This document shows positions 42,490 to 51,935 of a stretch of DNA of 64,000 nt, one piece after another. Source of the stretch: an uncultured Ruficoccus sp. (GTDB lineage: Bacteria; Verrucomicrobiota; Verrucomicrobiia; Opitutales; Cerasicoccaceae); contig OZ223481.1 of the NCBI GenBank assembly GCA_965140785.1, positions 192,001 through 256,000 of the forward strand. The letters are read 5' to 3'. Each line of letters opens with the position of its first letter. Within the stretch, counting starts at the first letter, position 1. The notes beneath the pieces were generated by a model, which was not told the DNA's origin, ran no database searches, and was given only the letters and a program-made list of their open reading frames with translations. A program made the translations under genes and the position numbers.

Positions 42490-43350
42490 TCACCACAGGA
42501 ACCAGAAAATGCGGTCCATCTTCTGCGTGGTTTCGTTGCCGTCCTTATCGGTAGTGACACGGGTCGAGGTCAGCCCACCGGTGCAGATCACTTTGTCGCG
42601 TTCGAGCACCATGCTCGAGCGGACTTGACCGCGAGGCGTTACAGGCTCCTGTGCGTCTGGCTTGGCTGGAGGATCGAGGGTGATGAGCTCGCCCTTCTCA
42701 TTATAAAAGTACCCGCTCTCACGGACATTCAGGCCGGGTTCTTCGGGAAAAAACACGCTCACGAGTATTTTGAAATCGAGTCGAGGGACGCTTAAACGCT
42801 CCTCGGTCTCCAGCTCGCTCACAGAAATCACGGTACCGTCCACCGTCGCCGCGCCACGGGTGGCGGTGATGGGCAGTACCAGCGTGATGTCGCGGACGAC
42901 TTCGCCGTCGGCGGTTTCAATCAGGCCGACCACGAGGTCGTCCGGCCCCTTCAGGCCCTGTTTCAGCAGCCGGTTGGCCTTGATCGTTTGCTCCAGCAGC
43001 GACAGCGGCAGCGAGTTTTCGGGGAGTGTCAACATGGGCTTCTGAATGCTGATTCGCTCGATGACTTTCGCGTTTTCGGCCCGTTGCTGTTGCTCGGCTT
43101 CCTGTTGCTCAGAAGAAAAAGGATTGTCTGGCACGTCGCCGGGCGTCTCCTGGGTGATGACGCCCAGCCCTCCACGGTGCCCGGTATCCGGACTGGTGGG
43201 GGTGAGCGCCTCATTGGAGGTTGGCTCCGTCTGGCTGTCGGTGGTTCCTTGCGAGGGAGCCGAGAAGCTGGTGGAGAGTGACCTTTCGGCCAGCAGCAGG
43301 CTGCAACTGACGGTGAGGGCGAGAAACAGGGCAACGAGCGGGCGGTTCAT
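42490..43350 (-). CDS. Secreted hypothetical protein
   Basis: Signal peptide, S/T/P-rich linker, beta-rich C-terminal domain. Confidence 0.75.
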   Translation of the reverse strand: MNRPLVALFLALTVSCSLLLAERSLSTSFSAPSQGTTDSQTEPTSNEALTPTSPDTGHRGGLGVITQETPGDVPDNPFSSEQQEAEQQQRAENAKVIERISIQKPMLTLPENSLPLSLLEQTIKANRLLKQGLKGPDDLVVGLIETADGEVVRDITLVLPITATRGAATVDGTVISVSELETEERLSVPRLDFKILVSVFFPEEPGLNVRESGYFYNEKGELITLDPPAKPDAQEPVTPRGQVRSSMVLERDKVICTGGLTSTRVTTDKDGNETTQKMDRIFWFLW

Positions 43351-43406
43351 GCCTGTGGTTTAGCGTACCGGGCGGTAGGAGACGATACTATTTCGCGGGT
43401 GCCCAC

Positions 43407-43442
43407 AAAAAAAACCGGCGCGGGGATGGCCCGCACCGGCTT
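43407..43442 (-). terminator. Intrinsic terminator after the SET gene
   Basis: Minus strand GCCGGTGCGGG-CCATC-CCCGCGCCGGT-TTTTTTT. Confidence 0.8.
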
Positions 43443-43469
43443 AGCACACATGACATATGGATCGTTGTT

Positions 43470-44015
43470 TCAGTCCGCACAAAAGACCGTCTCGGTCACA
43501 ACGACGCTTTTGACCAGGGAGCGGGGGAGGGTGCGACGGCGCGGGCGTGGCTCGCTCACCTCGGGTGAGCAGGTCAGGTCGCTCCAGGGGCACAGGTCGT
43601 AGTGGCCGTAGTTTTCTAAAATCTCCTCGCCCTCGTGGATGTCCCGCAGCGCGACCGAGCACAGCGGGTCGCCGTTGGAGGGAGCGCCGGAGTTGGGCTC
43701 GTCGGAGTGGTTGACATAGCGGGCATTGTCCAGGCACACGATGATGCAGTCCAGCCGCTGTGAGTAGTATCCGTAGATGCGGGCCGCATTGAGGATACCG
43801 TTGATGGCTTTGTTCGTGCGCGAACCGGCCAGCGTTTCGAGTTGCACGCGGCCGAGCAGGAGCACGTTGTCCACCGTGGCTTTCCACCACGAGGTACCGG
43901 CGGGGATAAACGTCCGGGCGAAGAGGCCACAGCCATGGATGGGACTGGGCCGGACCTCCGCGAAGTCGCCGATCAGGCTATCGCGGGGGAGGACAGAAAC
44001 AGCGTTTCTAGGCAT
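43470..44015 (-). CDS. SET-domain protein (lysine methyltransferase-like)
   Basis: SPIHGCGLFA, ARYVNHSDEPN, ALRDIHEGEEILENYG. Confidence 0.88.
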   Translation of the reverse strand: MPRNAVSVLPRDSLIGDFAEVRPSPIHGCGLFARTFIPAGTSWWKATVDNVLLLGRVQLETLAGSRTNKAINGILNAARIYGYYSQRLDCIIVCLDNARYVNHSDEPNSGAPSNGDPLCSVALRDIHEGEEILENYGHYDLCPWSDLTCSPEVSEPRPRRRTLPRSLVKSVVVTETVFCAD

Positions 44016-44380
44016 TTTTCGATCAGTGAGGGAATCAACTGGCCGAGCACGCAATCCCGACGGTGGTTGCCACCGTCCGCAGCCGATTATTTGCTCCTTC
44101 GTCCCTGCCTCCTCAACGGATGCGACCACAGGAACAAAAACCGGGCGTTCAAGCCAAGAATTGAAGGTGGTTGTGGTGCGTTGAGTAAGGATGCCGCGGA
44201 TCCGATATGGGACCGCACACGGACAATATTAATCGACGAAAAACTATCTGTGTTATTTCGCCCCAAATGTCGAGTATCCAATGCGTGTTTTCTAATAATT
44301 TCTGCGAAGAAATTTGGCGGGCGGGCGGGGCGTTTTTCCGCGCTCGACAGCCCCCGGCGGTGCAGGCAGGCTGGGCGGAT

Positions 44381-44824
44381 ATGAAGCCCGTTCGTCCGCT
44401 CGCTTTTATCCGGTTGCCCGCCCTCTGCGCGTGCCTGCTGATGCTGGCCGCGCCGGCCTGGGCGCTGCCCGATCGGGAGATCGCCGGACGCGAGGCCGCC
44501 GAGGTCTGGCTGGCCTTGGTGGACGGTGGCAAGTACGCCGAAAGCTGGCAGGCCGCCGCCCCCCTTTTTCGCAGCTCCATCCCCGAACAGAAGTGGACCG
44601 AGCTGATGAAGCAGGTGCGCACCCCGCTGGGAGCGGTCGAGAGCCGCAAGCTCAAGGCTCTCTTCTACACCGACGCGCTGCCGGAGGCCCCGCCGGGGGA
44701 ATTCGTTGTCGTCCAGTTCGAGACGAAGTTCGCCGGGCGCGAGGATACGGCGCTGGAAACCGTCACCCCGATGCTCGACCCCGAGACCGGCGCCTGGCAA
44801 GTCTGCGGCTACTACATCAAGTAA
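44381..44824 (+). CDS. DUF4019-like exported protein
   Basis: WLALVDGGKYAESW, RTPLG, LPEAPPGEFVVVQFETKF, WQVCGYYIK. Confidence 0.85.
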   Translation: MKPVRPLAFIRLPALCACLLMLAAPAWALPDREIAGREAAEVWLALVDGGKYAESWQAAAPLFRSSIPEQKWTELMKQVRTPLGAVESRKLKALFYTDALPEAPPGEFVVVQFETKFAGREDTALETVTPMLDPETGAWQVCGYYIK

Positions 44825-44886
44825 CCAACGCTCGGCGTTTGATCCGCATGAGGGGCGCTGCCCCTACGGCACAGCGTACCTACCCC
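44825..44886 (+). repeat. REP-like multi-hairpin element, family 1
   Basis: ccaacgctcggcgtttgatc..tgaggggcgctgcccctacggcacagcgtacctacccc. Confidence 0.8.
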
Positions 44887-44976
44887 AAGAACTGGTTTTT
44901 TCAGGCGGAAAATACCCTCCCTTAAAGCGGACCTTCGGTGACCCGGAGGGCCACGAGTCCAAAGTTCCGCCCCGGA

Positions 44977-46524
44977 TCAGGCGGGAGAATCGGGGCCGAA
45001 GTCGCCCGGCAGGTGGCCCTCGGGAGACTGGTTCCCCGGAGGCTTCTTGCCCTCTATCCCGGCCATCTTGCGGGCGATCTCGCCCTCCAGGTAAAGCGAG
45101 CGGGTGGGGAAGGCGATGGAGGAGCCGCGGGCTTTGATCGCCTCCATGATCTTGCAGTTGATACGCTGGCGCACGTCCATGTACTCCAGCCACGCGGTGG
45201 AGGTGGTGAAGTAGTACACGAGGATGTCGAGCGAGCTGTCCCCGAAGTCGGTGAAGCTGACCAGCATGAACTCCTGGTTCACGCCCTCGTCCTCGCGCAG
45301 GATCTGGCGGATGTCCTCGACGATCAGCTGCATGTCCTCGGCGCTCGTCTCGTAGGTGACGCCGACGTACTGCTTGACGCGGCGCTTGGGCATGCGCGAC
45401 CAGTTGTTGACGTACTCGTTGGCCAGGATCGAGTTGGGGATGGACATGACGGTCTTGGGCCAGGTGCGCACCTTGGTCGAGCGCAGGCCGATCGCCTCCA
45501 CGTCGCCGTCCACCTTGTCCCCCACGATGATCCAGTCCCCGACCTTGAAGGGCCGGTCCATCACGATCATGAGCGAGCCGAAGAAGTTGGCCACGGTGTC
45601 CTTGGCGGCGAGGGCGACGGCCGCCCCGCCCAGTCCGAGGGTGGCGATGATCCCGGCCACATTGTAGCCCATATTGTCAATGACCATGAGCATGCCCACG
45701 CACAGGATAAAGGCCTTGGTCGTCTTCCTCAGCAGCGGGATGAAGCCGAAGATGGCGGACTTCTTGTCCTTGATACGGCCGCTGAGCACAATGGCGATCA
45801 TGTCGGTCAGGCGCAGCATGGCCCAGACGATGACCAGCATGGTGCCGCCGTGGAAGAGATTCTGGATCAGCAGCGCGAGGTCGTCGTCCAGCGGCAGGGT
45901 GGCGAGCGAGATATAGATCCCCACCAGCAGGATGAACCACGAGACGGGCTTCTCCAGGGCATTGACCAAGTGGTCGTCGAAGTCGATCCGGGTCTTGGCG
46001 GTAAAGCCCTTGAGCCGGCGGAAAATGAAGGCTGCGATGAGATTGCGGAAGATCACCGAGCAGAGCAGGATGACAAAGCTCACCGTGAGGTCCCCGGCGG
46101 TGAAGCTGAAGACGCGCATATTCCAGAAGCCGCCCGTGAGCGAGAAGGGCGCCTTGAGATGCTCGGGCTTTTCCTCCTCTTTCTTTTTCAGCGAGGGGGA
46201 ACCGTCGGCATCCTTTTTGTCGTCCGTCTGTTGGCTGGCGGAGCCCTTCTCGGCGGGAGCTTCGCTCAGGGGGGGGGAGGGCTTCTGCTCGCTCTTGAGC
46301 GTGTCCGTGGTCGCCACGGCGGCGGCGGCGAGGCTGGTCAGCTCGGAGCCGGTGCTTGCTTCGTCCGCGGCGGGCGTGGCCTGCCCGTCCGATGAGGGCT
46401 GGGTACTGGTCGGGGCATCCGTGGTCGGCGTCTGGGGGGTCTCGGCGGAATCCTGGGCCGTCAGAGGCAGCGCGAGGGAGAACAGCAGGGATGCACAGAG
46501 GAGTTGCAGGGCTCGCATGGGCAA
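44977..46524 (-). CDS. MscS-family mechanosensitive channel with a periplasmic low-complexity N-terminus
   Basis: GLGGAAVALAAKDTVANFFG, DRPFKVGDWI, IGLRSTKVRT, IPNS, IAFPTRSL. Confidence 0.93.
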   Translation of the reverse strand: MPMRALQLLCASLLFSLALPLTAQDSAETPQTPTTDAPTSTQPSSDGQATPAADEASTGSELTSLAAAAVATTDTLKSEQKPSPPLSEAPAEKGSASQQTDDKKDADGSPSLKKKEEEKPEHLKAPFSLTGGFWNMRVFSFTAGDLTVSFVILLCSVIFRNLIAAFIFRRLKGFTAKTRIDFDDHLVNALEKPVSWFILLVGIYISLATLPLDDDLALLIQNLFHGGTMLVIVWAMLRLTDMIAIVLSGRIKDKKSAIFGFIPLLRKTTKAFILCVGMLMVIDNMGYNVAGIIATLGLGGAAVALAAKDTVANFFGSLMIVMDRPFKVGDWIIVGDKVDGDVEAIGLRSTKVRTWPKTVMSIPNSILANEYVNNWSRMPKRRVKQYVGVTYETSAEDMQLIVEDIRQILREDEGVNQEFMLVSFTDFGDSSLDILVYYFTTSTAWLEYMDVRQRINCKIMEAIKARGSSIAFPTRSLYLEGEIARKMAGIEGKKPPGNQSPEGHLPGDFGPDSPA

Positions 46525-46556
46525 ACGCTATAGCAGCCCCTGCCACTGCCGAAAGC

Positions 46557-46589
46557 AAAAAAGGAGGCCTCTGACAGACAGAGGCCCCC
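46557..46589 (-). terminator. Intrinsic terminator after the EF-hand gene
   Basis: Minus strand GGGGGCCTCTG-TCTGT-CAGAGGCCTCC-TTTTTT. Confidence 0.75.
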
Positions 46590-46631
46590 ATGGTTGTACG
46601 GATGACTTATCGGATTATCGGAGGAAGCATT

Positions 46632-47195
46632 CTATCTCGCCGGAGCTGGCTCGGGGGCATTACCGGGAGCGGGCGACGGTCCCTGCCGGTGCTGGCGGTG
46701 TTCCTGCATGGCGGCGCGGATTTCCTCGCGGTTGAGTTTGCCGTCGCCGTCAGTGTCGAAACGCTCAAGCATCTGCTGGGCGAATGCGTCGGCCCGGGCC
46801 TGCTCTTCCGGGCTGAGCTGGCCGTCCTGGTCGGCATCGAAGCGCCGCAACTGGTGCTGGTGGCGGATTTCTTCACGGGCGTTCTGGCGTTCCTGCTGGT
46901 CGAGGCTGCCGTCGCCGTCGGCGTCAAAGCGGGCGATCATCTGCTGGCGGGGTTCCTGCCGGGAGCCGGGCGGTTGGCGGCCCTCGGCGCTGCGGGCTTC
47001 GCGGGCGGCTTGTTTTTCCTTGGGCGAGAGCTTGCCGTCACCATCGGTGTCGAAGCGCTCCTTGCCGGACGGGTTTTGCTGGCAGCTCTGGCAGCCTTGG
47101 CCGGGGCCGGATTTCTGCTGCTGCGCGTGGAGGGCGAGGGGGGCGGCGAGGCTGCCGGCCAGGCCCAGGAGGGCGATTGCGTGGAATATTCTCAT
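46632..47195 (-). CDS. Secreted EF-hand protein (4 EF-hand loops)
   Basis: FDTDGDGKLSPKE, FDADGDGSLDQQE, FDADQDGQLSPEE, FDTDGDGKLNREE. Confidence 0.9.
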   Translation of the reverse strand: MRIFHAIALLGLAGSLAAPLALHAQQQKSGPGQGCQSCQQNPSGKERFDTDGDGKLSPKEKQAAREARSAEGRQPPGSRQEPRQQMIARFDADGDGSLDQQERQNAREEIRHQHQLRRFDADQDGQLSPEEQARADAFAQQMLERFDTDGDGKLNREEIRAAMQEHRQHRQGPSPAPGNAPEPAPAR

Positions 47196-47305
47196 GGGTA
47201 TTGATGGGTTGCGGGGAGTGGCCTAAGAATAATCAGGTAAACCGGTTCCGGGATAAAAAGTTGCACTTCGCGCAGAAGGAGGGAAAATACCCGGCATCCA
47301 CGGCC

Positions 47306-47656
47306 ATGTATCAGGTCAACTTCAGCGAACAAGCGATGCACGAACTCAACAGCCTCGGGATCGAGGTGCAGATGCCGCTCATCGAAAAATTCACCAGCCT
47401 CACCAGCGAGGAGCTGGCGCACCCGAAGGACGAGCTCGGCCACTTCATCCGTGACGGGCGCACGTACTACCGGCTGCGCGCGGGCGAGTTTCGCATCTAC
47501 TTTGAGCAGCGTGGCGACACGCTCTACAGCCACTACATCCTGCACCAGCATTCACTGGCCGACTTCATTTTCCGCTTCAAGCTTCCCTACAAGGAGGAAA
47601 CGCTGGTCGAGCAGCACCAGTCGTTCTGGAAGTACATCGAAAGCCTCTACAAGTGA
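47306..47656 (+). CDS. RelE/ParE-fold protein with no adjacent antitoxin
   Basis: MYQVNFSEQAMHEL...YYRLRAGEFRIYF. Confidence 0.75.
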   Translation: MYQVNFSEQAMHELNSLGIEVQMPLIEKFTSLTSEELAHPKDELGHFIRDGRTYYRLRAGEFRIYFEQRGDTLYSHYILHQHSLADFIFRFKLPYKEETLVEQHQSFWKYIESLYK

Positions 47657-47763
47657 GTTTGAATGGTTGATTGTTAATGGTTAAATGTTTGATTGCCATT
47701 GTCCTCCAGTTTCCCCGGGCGTGCGTCGATAAATGAGCCGCGTCCACCCCCCTCTCACACATC

Positions 47764-48636
47764 ATGTCCGACCCATCCAACGAAAAACCGGAGAACCTCT
47801 GGAAAGACACCGCCGAGGCCGGGCGTATCTACATCCTGCCCAACCTCTTCACCGCCGGGAACCTCTTTTTCGGGTTTCTGGCCATCATCTGGTGCATCCG
47901 GGGCAAGTACGCCACCGCCGATGAAGTCGAGTCGGCCCGCTTTTTCACCGAGGCAGTTTTCTTTATCCTCGGGGCGGCCTTCTGCGATGCCCTGGACGGG
48001 CGGGTGGCCCGGCTCGGGGGCCGCGAATCGCTCTTTGGCAAGGAGTTCGACTCCATCGCCGACGTGGTTTCCTTCGGCATGGCCCCGGCGCTGATGATGT
48101 TCTTCCTCATCCTCGACCCGACCACGGGCTATCCCTTTTTCCGCCAGATCGGCTGGCTGATCGGCTTCGTCTATCTGCTGTGCGCGGGGGTACGGCTGGC
48201 GCGCTTCAACGTCTTCACCAACCCCTACATCCCGCAGGCCAATATCGGCTCGGCCCACGCCAAGGCGGATGACTTCCTCGGGCTGCCCGCCCCGATGGCT
48301 GCGGGGACGGTGGCCTCGCTCGTGCTGGTCATGCTCAACTTCGACCTGAAGGCCTTTTCGCTGCTGCTGCCGCCGCTCATGCTGCTCATCGCCTGGCTCA
48401 TGATCAGCCTCATTCCGTACCCGTCTTTCAAGCACGTGGGCTGGCAGACCCACATGCAGACCCGCCACTTCATCGGCCTGATCATCCTGGCGGCGCTCCT
48501 TTTCCAGTTCTGGCGCTTCTCCTTCGCCGTTGTCTTCCTGCTGTATATTTTCTGGGGGCTGTACAAGAGTATCCAGCACCGTCGCCGCGACCGCAAAAAC
48601 GGCGACGCCGACGAGCCCGAACCGCCCTCGGTTTAA
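47764..48636 (+). CDS. pssA: CDP-diacylglycerol--serine O-phosphatidyltransferase
   Basis: LPNLFT, DALDGRVAR...GKEFDSIADVVSFGMAP, RLARFN, FLGLPAP. Confidence 0.93.
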   Translation: MSDPSNEKPENLWKDTAEAGRIYILPNLFTAGNLFFGFLAIIWCIRGKYATADEVESARFFTEAVFFILGAAFCDALDGRVARLGGRESLFGKEFDSIADVVSFGMAPALMMFFLILDPTTGYPFFRQIGWLIGFVYLLCAGVRLARFNVFTNPYIPQANIGSAHAKADDFLGLPAPMAAGTVASLVLVMLNFDLKAFSLLLPPLMLLIAWLMISLIPYPSFKHVGWQTHMQTRHFIGLIILAALLFQFWRFSFAVVFLLYIFWGLYKSIQHRRRDRKNGDADEPEPPSV

Positions 48637-48812
48637 GAGCTCATTCGCCTGTTTTGATAAAAAGAGGGGGATTTAACAGGAAGGTCGGGAAGATCGAAAA
48701 GAAAGTAGATACAAATCCTTTCCGTGCCGGAGGTGCGCTGTCTACGAAAAGAATTCCCATGGCATTTCCCCAAGAAATTCGCATCCATGTGCATATCAAG
48801 GGTAAAGGGCTG

Positions 48813-48875
48813 GGGGTAGGGACGCAGTGCCGTAGGGGCGGAGCCCCTTAGTGTCCAGTGCGGTCACGCACCGTA
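48813..48875 (-). repeat. REP-like multi-hairpin element, family 1; overlaps a CDS stop
   Basis: Minus strand tacggtgcgtgaccgcactggacactaaggggctccgcccctacggcactgcgtccctacccc. Confidence 0.85.
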
Positions 48876-49250
48876 CCAGTTGTGGAAACCGGTGATCTTG
48901 CCCGCTTCGTCGAAGTGGAGGTGGAGGGCATTGGCCATGTCAAAGGTGCTGCCGTCGCGGTTCTTGCCGGTCACGCGCACGATGCAGGCGATGGCCCGCC
49001 CTGGCGCATCGACGATACGATCCGTGTAGCGGGCCTCGAAGGTGTCCACCAGCTCGAAAAACCGGCGGTACTCCTCCGCGATGGCGGCGGGCGTGGAGGC
49101 GGCCTTGGAATTCCACGCGCTGGAGTCGTCGCCAAGCCCGTGCACGCGGTAGGTGTGCTCCGGAGCGAAGCAGGCGGCCACAGCGGCGGCGTCACGGCCA
49201 TTGACGGCCTCGCCGTAGGCGTCCAGCAGGGCGTTCGGGTCGGGGCTCAC
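48864..49250 (-). CDS. SnoaL/NTF2-like protein
   Basis: AYGEAVNGRDAAAVAACFAP...LHFDEAGKI; GTGA overlap with the upstream gene. Confidence 0.8.
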   Translation of the reverse strand: MSPDPNALLDAYGEAVNGRDAAAVAACFAPEHTYRVHGLGDDSSAWNSKAASTPAAIAEEYRRFFELVDTFEARYTDRIVDAPGRAIACIVRVTGKNRDGSTFDMANALHLHFDEAGKITGFHNWYGA

Positions 49251-49879
49251 GCGCGCGCCAGGTCCAGTTCCTCGGCCAGATCGCAGCAACGCTCGACCAT
49301 GTGCTCGAGTACGCGGCGCTTTTTCTCGTCATAGGCCAGACCAAATTCCAGGTAGGTGAGGGTGCCGTCCTTGAGTTCGAGGAAGCCGTTGCCCTGAGTC
49401 CACTCGTTTTCAAAGGTGCGCTGCCACTCGCGTCCGAAGAACGTGGCGACCCCTTCCGGGTTGTTCGAGCGGATGGAAAAGAGCCGGTCGAACTCGGTGT
49501 CGCCGGTCGGCGTGTACTTGAGCCGCCCGACCTGCCCGAGCTTGGAGAGGGCCTTCTGCTTGACCACGGTGAAGCGCAGCTTGGCGGGGGCGCGGGTGGC
49601 CACCCGGATCGCCATGTCCGTCTGGCGTGTGTTGTCCAGCCCGTAGCCCTTGGGAAAGATCGCCAGCTCGCGTCCGCGGTAGCGCCCGTAGAGGGTGGGA
49701 TTACGCCGGTAGAGGCCGAGCATGGTGGCGGGCGGGACGGTCAGCTCCAGCTCGAACTTTTCCCCCAGCGCGGCCATCTGCGCCTCCAGCTTGCGGAAAT
49801 TGCGCAGGTGGGTCATGACGGCGGCGATGCACACGATGATAAAGGCGCCGCCGACCACAGCGAGTAGTATCCATTCCAT
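49247..49879 (-). CDS. Hypothetical protein with an N-terminal TM anchor
   Basis: TM helix; TGDTEFDRLFSIRS motif. Confidence 0.8.
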   Translation of the reverse strand: MEWILLAVVGGAFIIVCIAAVMTHLRNFRKLEAQMAALGEKFELELTVPPATMLGLYRRNPTLYGRYRGRELAIFPKGYGLDNTRQTDMAIRVATRAPAKLRFTVVKQKALSKLGQVGRLKYTPTGDTEFDRLFSIRSNNPEGVATFFGREWQRTFENEWTQGNGFLELKDGTLTYLEFGLAYDEKKRRVLEHMVERCCDLAEELDLARA

Positions 49880-50004
49880 TGGATAACACGCTTAGCGCCC
49901 CCCGCCGCTCTTGCCAAGCGTGTTCGGCCTCATATCCCTTCTAAAAAAGAAAGAGTATGATAGAGTACCTCTGCTAAAAAGCGTGGAATCAGGTAAGGTG
50001 ATCG

Positions 50005-50062
50005 CCATGGCTTTGCCATCAGTGATCCGAAGGATCGCAGGTGCAGGACGCTGTCCTGCTAC
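50005..50062 (-). repeat. Three-hairpin element, family 2
   Basis: Aligns with 54982-55050 and contains the proA stop codon. Confidence 0.7.
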
Positions 50063-51336
50063 TTGATCTGGCCGGTGCCGTGGACCTGGTACTTGTAGGT
50101 GCACAGTTCGCGCAGGCCCATGGGGCCGCGGGCGTGCAGGCGGTCGGTGGAGATGCCGATCTCCGCGCCCAGGCCGAACTCGTTGCCGTCGGTGAAGCGG
50201 GTGGAGGCGTTGTGGTAAACGGTGGAGGTGTCCACTCCGGTCATAAAGGCTTTGGCCGCCCCCTCGTCCTGGGTGATAATGGCCTCCGAGTGGCCGCTGC
50301 CGTATTTATTAATATCGGCCACGGCTTCTTCGAGCGAGTCCACCACCTTGATGGCGAGGATGTAGTCGAGGTACTCGGTGCGGAAATCCTCCTCCGTGGC
50401 GGGCACGGTCGGGATGTCCGCTTTCTTTAAAATCGCTGCCGCCTTCTCGTCCACCCGCAGCTCGACCTCCTTCTCCCGCAGGGCGCGGGCGATTTTCGGC
50501 AGCAGGTCCGGGGCGCATCCGGCGTGAATAAAGAGGTTTTCAGCCGCATTGCACACGCTCACGCGCTGGGTCTTGGCGTTGACGGTGACGGAGACGGCCA
50601 TATCGGGGTCCGCCGCCTGATCCACATAGACCGAGCAGATACCGTCGTAGTGCTTGATCACGGGGATGCGGCTGTTGTCCGTGATGAAGCGGATCAGCCC
50701 CTCGCCGCCGCGGGGGATGATGCAGTGCACGTACTCGTTGAGCTTGAGCAGCTCGTTGAGCGCGTAACGATCGGTCGTGGGGATGATCTGAACGGCGTGC
50801 TCGGGCAGGCCGCACGTTTGCAGGGCCTGATGGATCAGCTCGGCCAGTGCCATGTTCGAGTGGATGGCCTCCTTGCCCCCGCGCAGGATGCAGGCGTTGC
50901 CGCTTTTGAGGCAGAGCACGGCGCAGTCCACGGTGACGTTCGGGCGCGACTCGTAAATGATCCCGATCACACCGATGGGGACGCGGACCTTGCGGATGTC
51001 GAGGCCGTTGGGGCGTACGGTGCGCTCGATCTCCTCGCCCACCGGATCGGGGAGGGCGGCGACTTCACGGACCTCCTCGGCCATGCCCTTGATGCGGTCG
51101 GAGGTAAAGGTCAGCCGCTCGATCATCGGCATGGGCAGCTCCAGGGCGCGGGCGGTCGAGAGGTCGCGCGCATTCTCGGTCAGCAGCGTGCCCTCGTTTT
51201 GCTCGATGAGGTCGGCCAGGGTGTTGAGGGCGCGGTTCTTCTGCTCGGTGGTGAGCATGGCGGTCTGCAAGGCGGCCGCGCGGGCCTGCCGGGCGATGCC
51301 TTCAACCAGTTCGTGGATGCTGTCCTTCTCCTTCAT
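50059..51336 (-). CDS. proA: Gamma-glutamyl phosphate reductase
   Basis: [49 protein letters not shown]. Confidence 0.97.
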   Translation of the reverse strand: MKEKDSIHELVEGIARQARAAALQTAMLTTEQKNRALNTLADLIEQNEGTLLTENARDLSTARALELPMPMIERLTFTSDRIKGMAEEVREVAALPDPVGEEIERTVRPNGLDIRKVRVPIGVIGIIYESRPNVTVDCAVLCLKSGNACILRGGKEAIHSNMALAELIHQALQTCGLPEHAVQIIPTTDRYALNELLKLNEYVHCIIPRGGEGLIRFITDNSRIPVIKHYDGICSVYVDQAADPDMAVSVTVNAKTQRVSVCNAAENLFIHAGCAPDLLPKIARALREKEVELRVDEKAAAILKKADIPTVPATEEDFRTEYLDYILAIKVVDSLEEAVADINKYGSGHSEAIITQDEGAAKAFMTGVDTSTVYHNASTRFTDGNEFGLGAEIGISTDRLHARGPMGLRELCTYKYQVHGTGQIK

Positions 51337-51446
51337 GGCGGTGTGGATAAAATTAGGCTGAACGGACCAAGATACGCCGCTTCCCGCAAAAGACAAGCAG
51401 GACATGGTCCTGCACCTGTGCTCCTGTGGATCGCGGAAGAACCTCG

Positions 51447-51935
51447 TTATTGCGCGTCCGGTGAGGTTTTCTTTTTTGCGGGTTGCATGGATATGACTTC
51501 GGCCAGGATGTGGGGCATGTCGGAGTAGGGCGGCTCGGTGCGGACTTCCAGGATGCGAAATTTCACGTCGAAACGCTGGTCACGGTAATTCGCGTAAGGA
51601 GTGACGAGGTCGGGCGCGAACTGCCATTTTGCGATCTGGTAGCTAGAGGTCACATTCGGGACCGCGGTCTGGCCCCCCTTGGTCACGGTCAGGGTGCCGC
51701 TGGTTTTGTCGTTGCTTACATACGCGTCGCTAAAGATGAGGAACTTCTCGCTGGCGTATTTGAGCGTAAGGGTGGTTTCTATGGTTTTGCCGACGAGTTC
51801 CTCCCCGTGCTCCGGGCTGGTTATCTGTGTATAAATCTCGCGTAGCGGTGGGGCTAGACCCTCCGTCGAATCAGCGGCATGGAGCCCGCAAGCGCAGGCG
51901 AGCAGAACAGGTGTTAACATTAATCGTCTCAACAT
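51447..51935 (-). CDS. Secreted hypothetical protein
   Basis: Signal peptide ending ACGLHA; overlaps the upstream kinase stop. Confidence 0.7.
   Translation of the reverse strand: MLRRLMLTPVLLACACGLHAADSTEGLAPPLREIYTQITSPEHGEELVGKTIETTLTLKYASEKFLIFSDAYVSNDKTSGTLTVTKGGQTAVPNVTSSYQIAKWQFAPDLVTPYANYRDQRFDVKFRILEVRTEPPYSDMPHILAEVISMQPAKKKTSPDAQ

Noticed and set aside
42490..42640. Secretin-like C-terminal strand (VLERDKVICTGGL)
   Set aside because: The resemblance is too short to call a secretin.
44016..44230. SAM/SAH riboswitch before the SET gene
   Set aside because: The conserved core motifs could not be matched by eye.
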